Source of the DNA: Candidatus Thorarchaeota archaeon
GTDB taxonomy: Archaea > Asgardarchaeota > Thorarchaeia > Thorarchaeales > Thorarchaeaceae
Direction: 5' to 3'
Length of the DNA stretch: 64,000 nt
Assembly (NCBI GenBank): GCA_048882485.1
Contig: JBHLRP010000004.1
Coordinates: forward strand, 46,896-110,895
Shown one piece after another: positions 56,597 to 64,000 of the stretch (positions within the stretch are counted from its first letter, which is position 1; every line of letters starts with the position of its first letter). The notes beneath the pieces were generated by a model. The model worked only from the letters and a program-made list of their open reading frames with translations. It searched no databases and was not told the DNA's origin. Position numbers and translations under genes: made by a program.

Positions 56597-56788
56597 GTGT
56601 CAAAAAAGAAAGGTGATGTGAAGAAGAGAGAGAAGACGAAAGGTGGTCTAGTCGTCCTTAGGAAAGCGGAAGTCGAAGCGGCTATGAAAAGACACGATGA
56701 AGAGATGATGAAGACTGATACTGGAAAGCGGTTGCTTCTGGAGGAGAAGGAGCTGCTGAAGCGAATCCAGGAAGGTGGTATGGAATGA
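56597..56788 (+). CDS. Small charged hypothetical protein
   Basis: GGGGTGA SD + GTG; 63 aa, Lys/Glu-rich, helical; ATGA overlap with the next ORF. Confidence 0.6.
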   Translation: MSKKKGDVKKREKTKGGLVVLRKAEVEAAMKRHDEEMMKTDTGKRLLLEEKELLKRIQEGGME

Positions 56789-57258
56789 ATTCATTTAAGC
56801 TGTCCCCAATGCGTCCTTATGTCGCCAAGGTAACGACTTCAGGACAGTTCTTCTATTATGGCTTTTATCACTCATGCGGTGGAAGAACAAATCCCTTCCC
56901 CTATGGCAGATTGCAAGACCACTGCAACAAGGATAGATTGATTGTTCGTGGCGACCGTGATTGGGGTGACACTTTGGATGACTGGTACAATGGGGCTTGC
57001 CATTTGGTACACCTCGTACTCTCAATGACAAATCTCGGAAGAAATCGCCAGATTCTAGTAATATTGGAGATTGAAACTGAAAGAGACCCTACCGTGCAGG
57101 TCTTTGTTGGATATGATTTGGTAAGAGAGGAAGATATCTTTGAACAAGACAATATAGCACTTCTTCTTGATATGACTAATCCAGTTAAAATATACGTCAG
57201 GCCCAAGAATCAGGATGGAATACTTGCCTTCTACAAAGCAAGTGTTTTCGTGATTTAG
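56785..57258 (+). CDS. Hypothetical protein
   Basis: 157 aa, translationally coupled to the upstream small ORF, GGTGGT SD-like sequence. Confidence 0.55.
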   Translation: MNSFKLSPMRPYVAKVTTSGQFFYYGFYHSCGGRTNPFPYGRLQDHCNKDRLIVRGDRDWGDTLDDWYNGACHLVHLVLSMTNLGRNRQILVILEIETERDPTVQVFVGYDLVREEDIFEQDNIALLLDMTNPVKIYVRPKNQDGILAFYKASVFVI

Positions 57259-57515
57259 TCAAGTTGCATGCAAGACAAAGTGCACTATGAGACAAAGCGT
57301 TAAGATACCTCCATTAGAATTCATATCAGGAAGAGGAAAGGATTCCATTCAGGTCAATCCGAGTAGACATAATCAATTTCTACTAATTAGGTATCAAGAT
57401 ACTAATGGAAAGAGGCATAATGGACCTGCCAAGGAACGAGATTGCCTAGTAGGTTTTGAGGGTGAGTGGTTGTTAACTCTGGAAACTTGACGCTGACTTC
57501 AATGACCCAAGCTCC

Positions 57516-57722
57516 GTGATGGCCCTTTCATTCGCAAGTCAGTTCAACGCCATGATATGGACGAAGAAACATGGGAAGGGTTTCAAGCCTGGAGTGTATG
57601 AATTCCCAAAGGAGCTAGACAGGGAAACTACAATGCTGAAACTTGAAACAATGGGAATAAGAATCGACAAATGGACTCCCGAGCAAGAGGCTTACGCAAA
57701 ATCCTATTCTGAAGGAACCTAG
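57516..57722 (+). pseudogene. ahcY: Orphan 3' fragment of ahcY
   Basis: VMALSFASQFNAMIW...KWTPEQEAYAKSYSEGT aligns without gaps to the AhcY C-terminus. Confidence 0.9.
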
Positions 57723-57726
57723 AAGC

Positions 57727-57760
57727 GACTGGGGGTTTTCTCTCACTCCAGTCCTTTTTT
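57727..57760 (+). terminator. Hairpin + T6 terminator
   Basis: GACTGGGG/CTCCAGTC stem followed by CTTTTTT. Confidence 0.65.
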
Positions 57761-57820
57761 GCATACCCCTTCATTGCGCACTTCGATACGTCTTATTAAT
57801 GGCCTTTCATCTGATTTGGC

Positions 57821-58393
57821 ATGGTCAAAATCAAGGTTGACCAGAGATACTCTCCCTATCAAATGCCAAGTGTGATTATTGGAACAATAGTTGATGATAG
57901 ACCTAATTTCATGATGTGTACTTGGGTTAGCCGAGTAAATCGGAATCCTCCTACCTGGATGGCATCAATCAATAGGAAACACTACACAATGAATGGGATT
58001 CGTGAGAAGAAGGTCTTCAGTATGAACCTGCCACCAGTCAATCTCATACAGCTAGCTGATTACATAGGGACTAACTCAGGAAGAGAAGTAGACAAGTCTA
58101 CATTGTTCACTATATTCTATGGTGAAACCGAGGCTCCAATGATTATGGAGTGTATTCTCAACATGGAACTCGAAGTGAAAGAGATAATCGAATTGCCGGA
58201 TCATTTCGTAGTTTTTGGAGATGCTGTGACGACCTATGTTGATGAAGAGAATATGTCTGATAACAAACCCGACATGAAAAAGATGAACCCAGTCATATAC
58301 ACGGGTGCTGAAAAGCAACCGACATATTGGAAATTGGGAGAAAAGCTTGGAGATGCATTTCAAATAGGGAAAGAATACAATAACCTCAGTTGA
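57821..58393 (+). CDS. Flavin reductase-like (flavoredoxin) family protein
   Basis: PNFMMCTW, HYTMNGI, FSMNLP, GTNSGREVDK, APMIMEC. Confidence 0.9.
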   Translation: MVKIKVDQRYSPYQMPSVIIGTIVDDRPNFMMCTWVSRVNRNPPTWMASINRKHYTMNGIREKKVFSMNLPPVNLIQLADYIGTNSGREVDKSTLFTIFYGETEAPMIMECILNMELEVKEIIELPDHFVVFGDAVTTYVDEENMSDNKPDMKKMNPVIYTGAEKQPTYWKLGEKLGDAFQIGKEYNNLS

Positions 58394-58554
58394 TGCACAT
58401 TATCATATCTGAATAGGAACATCTTTGAAAGCCGAAGTGTCCTAAGTCTGCTACATCATCTTCTTAGCCTCCAGTAAATCTGCATCCAAAGTAAACCAGG
58501 TTGGATGCAAGGATTCTTACCTGCTGGGAACCATATTACATTGAAGAGATTGCT

Positions 58555-58950
58555 ATGAAGATTATTGGATACTTTGATGGAACAGACTCTATTCTATTGA
58601 CTAATCTAGTGGCACGAGGTTATGGAACAATACCAATTGCCAATGACTGGGATGGTGCAGGAAAGCTTGCATCTCTCATCGAACCAGGAGATGTCGATCT
58701 TCTCGTGGGATACTTGCACAAGGTTATAGCTCCCGAGAGCGAATCAGGAGGAGATATGACGATGCATCGAGGGCTAACTCCATACGATTTACTTTATCGC
58801 GCAAAGGCGTTTGACATCCCAGCCCTCATTATTGCTCCGAAGGAAACTCACAAGGCTGCAAAGAAAGCACTTGGCAAAGCTGCCAAATTCGTTACGCTTG
58901 TCACTCCAGAGGATGTTGAAGAGAAGATTTTGGGAATTCTAACATCTTAG
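58555..58950 (+). CDS. Conserved hypothetical alpha/beta protein
   Basis: Clean 131 aa ORF from ATG 58555, followed by a terminator-like hairpin. Confidence 0.7.
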   Translation: MKIIGYFDGTDSILLTNLVARGYGTIPIANDWDGAGKLASLIEPGDVDLLVGYLHKVIAPESESGGDMTMHRGLTPYDLLYRAKAFDIPALIIAPKETHKAAKKALGKAAKFVTLVTPEDVEEKILGILTS

Positions 58951-58967
58951 AACGGAATACGAATCAG

Positions 58968-58996
58968 GTCGGGAATCCCCCCGACTCCCATTTTCT
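58968..58996 (+). terminator. Hairpin terminator
   Basis: GTCGGG/CCCGAC stem followed by TCCCATTTTCT. Confidence 0.5.
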
Positions 58997-59087
58997 GACC
59001 AGATCAACCTTCTATCTCTGCCTGAAAGCAATCCATCCAAAGCGTAATGCCATAACTTATGAAGCAGAAAGATTTCTTGAGATTCCG

Positions 59088-59522
59088 GTGATTTCTTCTT
59101 TGGAGATTGAAGGATTCCTATTTCCGGATGAGCTCTACTACCACCCGGATCATACTTGGGCAAAGATTGAGGGAAGTAAAGTTCGTACAGGAATAACTCC
59201 ATATGCAGTGCATCTTGCTGGAGATATTAAGGCGATTACGCCCCGCCCCGTAGGAAAAGAAGTCATGATTGGAGGGCCGATTGCTACACTCGAGAGCAAC
59301 AAGTGGGTCGGGCCCATGAGGAATCCCGTGTCTGGAGTTGTTGTTGAATCAAACTCTGCCTTGGAAGATGACTTTAGTGCTCTTGTGAGTGATCCCTATG
59401 GTGAGGGGTGGATTTGTGTTCTTGAACCCACTAGTCTTGAAGAAGACTTGAAACAGCTCTTTCATGGGGAGAAAGCGGTGAATGAGTGGATCATCATGGA
59501 GATTCGAGGAAAGGGTGGTTGA
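59088..59522 (+). CDS. gcvH: Glycine cleavage H-like lipoyl carrier protein
   Basis: LYYHPDHTW, GIT, LESNKWVGP (lipoyl Lys), PVSG, DPYGEGW. Confidence 0.88.
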   Translation: MISSLEIEGFLFPDELYYHPDHTWAKIEGSKVRTGITPYAVHLAGDIKAITPRPVGKEVMIGGPIATLESNKWVGPMRNPVSGVVVESNSALEDDFSALVSDPYGEGWICVLEPTSLEEDLKQLFHGEKAVNEWIIMEIRGKGG

Positions 59523-59525
59523 AGC

Positions 59526-60482
59526 TCAAATCAACTCTCTCTCCAATATGCCAGTCAGACAACCTATTCCTCCAGCTGCTTTTGTCACCTCACGTATATC
59601 AACCAGTTGACACTTCAATCCTAGGTCTTCATAGAACGCCTGTGTCTTTGGATTGCCATCTGCAGTCAGAATTTGTTTGGGTCCCAATGTTACGAAGTTC
59701 ATTGATAGACCAAGAGATATCTCGGACTCGTCAGGTGCAAAATGCGTGGAGAATCCATGTTCATGTAGCGCTTCTAGTGTTTTTCCAGAAACTCTGCTAG
59801 GTCTACATATTGCAAGATCGCGGTCTGCAAAGCGAAGGTTTCCCATGAGATGCATTGAGCCTGGTAGAAGCTCGGCTTCAACGGTTTCAATCCCCATCTC
59901 CCTCAGAAGGCTTGACACCTGCGAAGCTCCCTCACTGTTAGTGCGAAAACCGACTCCGATCATGACCGTGTCAGGATTGAGCCATGCTGCATCAGCACCT
60001 TCGAATGTGCCATTCCCACGGATACTTCTCAGGACAGGAATGCCCAGTCTAGACAACGACTCAGCAACAAATCTCTCCTCACCAGCTCGTACTGATGAGG
60101 CTGGGCGAGCGAGGATAACTCCCTCAGGTGTCGTATAGAGTAAGTCTGCCACGAACATTAGATTGGGAGGCGGCCTAGCTGAAGGTTCCAAGTAGGACAC
60201 CGCTACGCGTGCTTTCCTGAATGCTGCTGCAATATCATCATGCTGCTTCGTGATGACTTCTATAAAGGGAACCTCAATCATCTGCACCTTGTCGGGGTCT
60301 GAGATGCCGGTGAGCTCTATTCCTGGGCAATGAAGAAGTACTCTCTTGAGACGAGCCCATTCCGTGTTTACTCCACAAGAACTCCAGATGGTTCCAATCT
60401 CCTCCTTCATCGATTCCTTCCGTGGGGACCATCCTTCACCCCCATATGGAGAGGTCTTTGACCGGTCTTTCATCTGCAGCAC
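59526..60482 (-). CDS. Amidinotransferase / dimethylarginine dimethylaminohydrolase family
   Basis: RAGE, FEGAD, RTNSEG, MHL, GGIGCLT (catalytic Cys). Confidence 0.88.
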   Translation of the reverse strand: MLQMKDRSKTSPYGGEGWSPRKESMKEEIGTIWSSCGVNTEWARLKRVLLHCPGIELTGISDPDKVQMIEVPFIEVITKQHDDIAAAFRKARVAVSYLEPSARPPPNLMFVADLLYTTPEGVILARPASSVRAGEERFVAESLSRLGIPVLRSIRGNGTFEGADAAWLNPDTVMIGVGFRTNSEGASQVSSLLREMGIETVEAELLPGSMHLMGNLRFADRDLAICRPSRVSGKTLEALHEHGFSTHFAPDESEISLGLSMNFVTLGPKQILTADGNPKTQAFYEDLGLKCQLVDIREVTKAAGGIGCLTGILERELI

Positions 60483-60495
60483 CCAAGTGGCTTCT

Positions 60496-60533
60496 AAGAA
60501 AATGTGATGGCAAGGGAGCCAACCCCCTCGCCA
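60496..60533 (-). terminator. Hairpin terminator after dodecin
   Basis: Minus strand: TGGCGAGGGGG/CTCCCTTGCCA 11-bp stem (two G-U pairs), then TCACATTTTCTT. Confidence 0.6.
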
Positions 60534-60553
60534 CTCTCTACTAGTAATCGAGT

Positions 60554-60769
60554 CTATTCCTTCTCATACTTGAAACTTAATGCAATTCGAGCTCGATAGG
60601 CAACAACCTTGCCATCCTCGATCTTAACATCAAGGTCCTTTACCTCAGCAATCCTAAGATCGCGCAAGTTCTTGGCAGCCTGGGCTACAGCAGTAGCTAC
60701 CGCATCCTCCCAGCTCTTAGGGCTAGTGCCTACTAGGTCGATTATCTTGTATACGCTTCCGTCTTCCAT
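60554..60769 (-). CDS. Dodecin (flavin-binding)
   Basis: VYKIIDLVGTSPKSWEDA...YRARIALSFKYE. Confidence 0.93.
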   Translation of the reverse strand: MEDGSVYKIIDLVGTSPKSWEDAVATAVAQAAKNLRDLRIAEVKDLDVKIEDGKVVAYRARIALSFKYEKE

Positions 60770-60848
60770 GTCTCTCACTCCGAAAAGAGTATGATATTCT
60801 CTATGCAATCTTGGACAAAAGGATTACTGGACATGGATGCTGTCCGGT

Positions 60849-61094
60849 CTAGGTTCTCGTTTGCTGTATTTCTGCACTTATGACGCTGTCACAGTTCGCA
60901 CAGACAAGCATATTGACAAGTGGGGGATTCTCTCTTAGCCTTCCAAACTGCGACCTGACAACCCCTCTTGCCATTCTAGACATTCTACCTGCAAAAGCAT
61001 CCAGCTTGGAAAAGAACTCCTCATCAAATTCAGAGATGAATTCAGCTGCAAGCTTCATTCGTAATTCCTCAGAACAAAACGGGCATTTTGGCAT
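60849..61094 (-). CDS. Small zinc-finger protein
   Basis: MPKCPFC...CANCDSVIS; start moved to ATG 61094. Confidence 0.7.
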   Translation of the reverse strand: MPKCPFCSEELRMKLAAEFISEFDEEFFSKLDAFAGRMSRMARGVVRSQFGRLRENPPLVNMLVCANCDSVISAEIQQTRT

Positions 61095-61173
61095 GTTCTT
61101 ATTGCTCAAGAACGCATATGTACCCTTGCGAGCCAAGTCTATACATGGGCCACTTATAGTGAGAGGATGTAGG

Positions 61174-61497
61174 TTGAAACTGAATCCATGCGGCCATGTC
61201 TGTGACATCTGCCCAAGCTATCAAGGGAAAAGTGACCGTCAGTGTTTGGGATGCCTAGACTCAAAGGGAAACCCATGGTGGGGTAGCTGCAAGCTGTTTG
61301 AATGTACTGTTGACAAGGGAGTGAGTCACTGTGGAATTTGTGCAGAGTTCCCATGTGACATGCAAGTCGGACATTTCGATCCATCCAATCCTAAAGGTCA
61401 ACGGAATGCGGTCCTGCGAACTGGTGTGCTTGCTTTTTGGGCGAAGCATGGTGAAGACAAGACAGTCGAATTAGTCAAGAGAGTTCATGGAATCTGA
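61174..61497 (+). CDS. DUF3795-like Cys-rich protein
   Basis: PCGHVCDICP, CLGC, CKLFEC, HCGICAEFPC; TTG 61174 behind a GAGGA SD. Confidence 0.8.
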   Translation: MKLNPCGHVCDICPSYQGKSDRQCLGCLDSKGNPWWGSCKLFECTVDKGVSHCGICAEFPCDMQVGHFDPSNPKGQRNAVLRTGVLAFWAKHGEDKTVELVKRVHGI

Positions 61498-61588
61498 ACC
61501 TGTACTCCGCTTCTTGCGATTGCATATCTGTTTCAATTTAAGAACAGATAATAATAGGCGAATATTATCCTGATGAGGAGATTGTGAT

Positions 61589-63007
61589 ATGGGAAGCTCG
61601 GAAACGCTCAGTCGGAAAAACCTCTGGGGTTATGCATTTGGTGCAATTCCCACTGGACTCTTGGGATTCGTTTTTAGCTTCAAGTACATCGAGTTTTTCT
61701 TCGACGACCTTGCACTTCTCCCTTCGTTTTTCATTCTTGGGCAGATTATCTACATGACCATCAACTCGCTGAACGATCCGCTATCTGGGCAGCTATCTGA
61801 TAGAACTGACAGGGAACGATGGGGGAGCAGGCGTCTAATCTACATCAAATACGGCGGCCCAATCTGGGCACTCACCTTCCTGCTTGTGTGGTTCCCATGG
61901 AATCTTGCAAATCAGGTTATAATCTTTCTACACTATGTCGTGACAATCTGTCTCTTTGACACGATGTACACTCTGGTCATTCTTCTCTGGCTTGCCCTGC
62001 TTCCCGAGATGACCATGGACATTGATGAGCGCAATAAGGCTCAGTTCTTCGCAACGATTTTGGGCACCGTAGTGACTCTACCTGTCTTTGTAATAATTGC
62101 AGATATTCCGCCTAATTCAGATCAGTTCAGGGCAATAATGTTCATTCTAGCCGCAATTTCTACGGTTTTCATTCTACTTACAGCCTCTATGTGCGAGGAG
62201 CGTCCCGAGTTCCAGAGTGACAAGGTCTTCACTCTAAAGGAGTCAATCATTGCCACATTTCGATCAAGGACATTTCTTGTCTATGCGGGATTCTATCTCT
62301 GTCAGAATATGCTGGGAAGCTTGGGCTTGAGTTACTTCTTTGTATACCTGCTTCTCTTGGAGGGGATAACGCCGGGACTAGATGCCATTCTCCTATTCTT
62401 TGTCGTCTACTTCATAGTCGGATATTTGGGAAACATCATAGCAATCCGACTCCAGTCGAGATGGGGAATGAGAAGAATCATGCTTAGGTTCGGGATTGTT
62501 AGAGTCATAGGTTCGTTGGTCCTTTTCCTCATCATACTTGTACCATCTCTCGAATGGACAATATGGTTCGGACTCATTGTGATCACTCTTGCATCTGGTT
62601 ACGGTATTTTCCACATTCCAATGCAGTACCTGGCAATAGATGAGGATGAGGTGCTTCATGGCTCACGGAGAGAGGGTATGTTCATCGGAGTAATGGCCCT
62701 GTTGACTCGTCCAGGGACTAGTCTTGGCCCCATAGTAGCCACGTTTGTGCTTACAGCTTTTGGCTACATTCAAGGTGGTTTGCCTGCGGATCAGCCTGCA
62801 TCCGCTCTACTTGGAATCAAGATTCTCTGGCTGCTGGTACCAGCAATAGTGGCGGGATTAAGTCTAGTCTTCATCTACTTCTATCCGTTGCATGATGAGG
62901 CGTTAGCAGAGATGCAGGAAAAACTGCAGGGGCTTCATGAGGAAAAGAGAGCCGCTCTTCTTGAAGGGGATCAAGAAACCTCAGACTTTGCATCAACAGC
63001 TAATTAG
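61589..63007 (+). CDS. MFS transporter, GPH (glycoside-pentoside-hexuronide) type
   Basis: NDPLSGQLSDRT...WGSRR, ALLPEMT...ER, DEDEVLHGSRREG, FYPL. Confidence 0.9.
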   Translation: MGSSETLSRKNLWGYAFGAIPTGLLGFVFSFKYIEFFFDDLALLPSFFILGQIIYMTINSLNDPLSGQLSDRTDRERWGSRRLIYIKYGGPIWALTFLLVWFPWNLANQVIIFLHYVVTICLFDTMYTLVILLWLALLPEMTMDIDERNKAQFFATILGTVVTLPVFVIIADIPPNSDQFRAIMFILAAISTVFILLTASMCEERPEFQSDKVFTLKESIIATFRSRTFLVYAGFYLCQNMLGSLGLSYFFVYLLLLEGITPGLDAILLFFVVYFIVGYLGNIIAIRLQSRWGMRRIMLRFGIVRVIGSLVLFLIILVPSLEWTIWFGLIVITLASGYGIFHIPMQYLAIDEDEVLHGSRREGMFIGVMALLTRPGTSLGPIVATFVLTAFGYIQGGLPADQPASALLGIKILWLLVPAIVAGLSLVFIYFYPLHDEALAEMQEKLQGLHEEKRAALLEGDQETSDFASTAN

Positions 63008-64000
63008 GAACGTCTATGGGATAAGAGCTGTATTTCTCCCGAACCTCCATAACTGCTTCCCATCTGTCAATAGTCACAGATGGAACAATGCTGTGCCCAC
63101 TGCTGAATAGATATCCTCCTCCAGGAGCTATTTCTCGAATCAACTTCATACTATATTCCTTAATCTCAGAGATGTTTCCAGTAGCCAACATGACAGGACT
63201 GATGTTCCCTACGAAAGTAAGCCTGTCACCATATTTCTCAGCGAGATTGAAAATATCATAGTCAGGATTTGCAGTTGTGGGTTCAATTGGATGAATTGCG
63301 TCTACGCCACAATTCACGATATCATCAAATATCATTGACAAATCCCCATCTGAATGTAGCAGAATCTTGCAATCCCTTTTATGCGCAGCATCACAGATTC
63401 GATTGAGCCAAGGAAAGACATATGTTTTGAAGTTCCGTGGACTCATGAATAGCCCATTTTTAAAGCCATAGTCATCCCAGATTAGGACAACCTCAGCACC
63501 GTTCTCTGCAAGGATATTGACCAGTTCAAGTGCCAGATTCCCTCTGTCATCAAAGATCTTCTTTGCCTGTTTGGGCTTTGCCAAGATGCGTGAGAATACC
63601 TCAATTCCAAAAGGTTCCCAAGCAGGTTCGAACATTCCACCAATCGCAGGGACAGACAGGATTTCATTGTTCATCTGTTCTTGAACCTGTTTGCCAGCCC
63701 GGAAAGCAGCAAGTCGCCGTTTCTCATGTGGGCTTGGTTGTTTCCATTTCTCATAATCTTCGAAGTTCTTTAGATATCCTCCACGATAACCAAGAATCAG
63801 AGTTCCATCCTCATAGTAATCAACGTTCATTACTCTTCCAAACTCGTCAATGTAACCCCCCTCGATGCCTTTGCGATACGTATGTGTTACATAACTGAGA
63901 CCAATATCAATCTTGAGACGTCTGAGAAGCTCATAGCCATCGACCAAACCTTGGGCAAGCCATTTTTGATTTGAGAATGCCCAGTTTGCAATACGGTCCT
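63000..64000 (-). CDS. Uroporphyrinogen decarboxylase / MtaA-like family protein (5' end outside the window)
   Basis: WDDYG, FMSP, LHSDG, GNISP, PGGGYLFSSGHSI; the frame stays open from 63947 to the window edge. Confidence 0.88.
   Translation of the reverse strand, partial: DRIANWAFSNQKWLAQGLVDGYELLRRLKIDIGLSYVTHTYRKGIEGGYIDEFGRVMNVDYYEDGTLILGYRGGYLKNFEDYEKWKQPSPHEKRRLAAFRAGKQVQEQMNNEILSVPAIGGMFEPAWEPFGIEVFSRILAKPKQAKKIFDDRGNLALELVNILAENGAEVVLIWDDYGFKNGLFMSPRNFKTYVFPWLNRICDAAHKRDCKILLHSDGDLSMIFDDIVNCGVDAIHPIEPTTANPDYDIFNLAEKYGDRLTFVGNISPVMLATGNISEIKEYSMKLIREIAPGGGYLFSSGHSIVPSVTIDRWEAVMEVREKYSSYPIDVPN

Larger units (their letters stand above)
55219..57722. mobile_element. Relic island bounded by diverged direct repeats of the ahcY 3' end
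   Basis: 55219-55425 and 57516-57722 encode the same 68 C-terminal AhcY residues (51/68 identical); the DNA between holds only broken or orphan ORFs. No integrase seen. Confidence 0.6.

Noticed and set aside
60880-61208. Long overlapping versions of the two divergent Cys-rich ORFs
   Set aside because: Overlap disappears when starts are placed at 61094 (-) and 61174 (+), where the recognisable motifs begin.
1-64000. tRNA, rRNA, CRISPR arrays, transposases or integrases; also the many short antisense ORFs in the track
   Set aside because: No cloverleaf, rRNA-like tract, spaced direct repeats or DDE/tyrosine recombinase motifs were recognised by eye; the short ORFs are shadows of longer, motif-bearing genes.

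Overview
Gene-dense archaeal window, most consistent with an Asgard archaeon (Thorarchaeia-like; inference from the proteasome alpha subunit, GAGGTG/GGAGG Shine-Dalgarno motifs, several Hdr complexes, a four-subunit 2-oxoacid:ferredoxin oxidoreductase, and a Rab-like GTPase next to a longin-domain protein). Main blocks: (i) a tight catabolic operon SCP2 - 2-hydroxyacid dehydrogenase - FGGY kinase - class II aldolase - tungsten-type AOR - AEC transporter; (ii) a heterodisulfide-reductase hotspot with two double-FAD HdrA genes (one fused to MvhD) and three HdrCB pairs; (iii) upstream of hdrA-mvhD, a SAM methyltransferase / HgcA-like membrane corrinoid protein (variant cap helix NVWCGSRGG) / ferredoxin operon, preceded by a small membrane gene with an in-frame amber codon; (iv) korDA and korBC separated by an epimerase, a Rab-like GTPase with altered G3/G5 and an NPRL2 (GATOR1)-like longin + winged-helix protein; (v) a 2-hydroxyacyl-CoA dehydratase/activase trio facing two acyl-CoA ligases; (vi) a class III aminotransferase coupled to a cryptic protein-kinase-like enzyme; (vii) ahcY followed by a ~2 kb decayed island that ends in a second, diverged copy of the ahcY 3' end. 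Hairpin + CATTTTCT-type terminators recur, and TAG is the most frequent stop codon. No tRNA, rRNA, CRISPR array or transposase was recognised. All family calls are from motif recognition by eye, without database searches.
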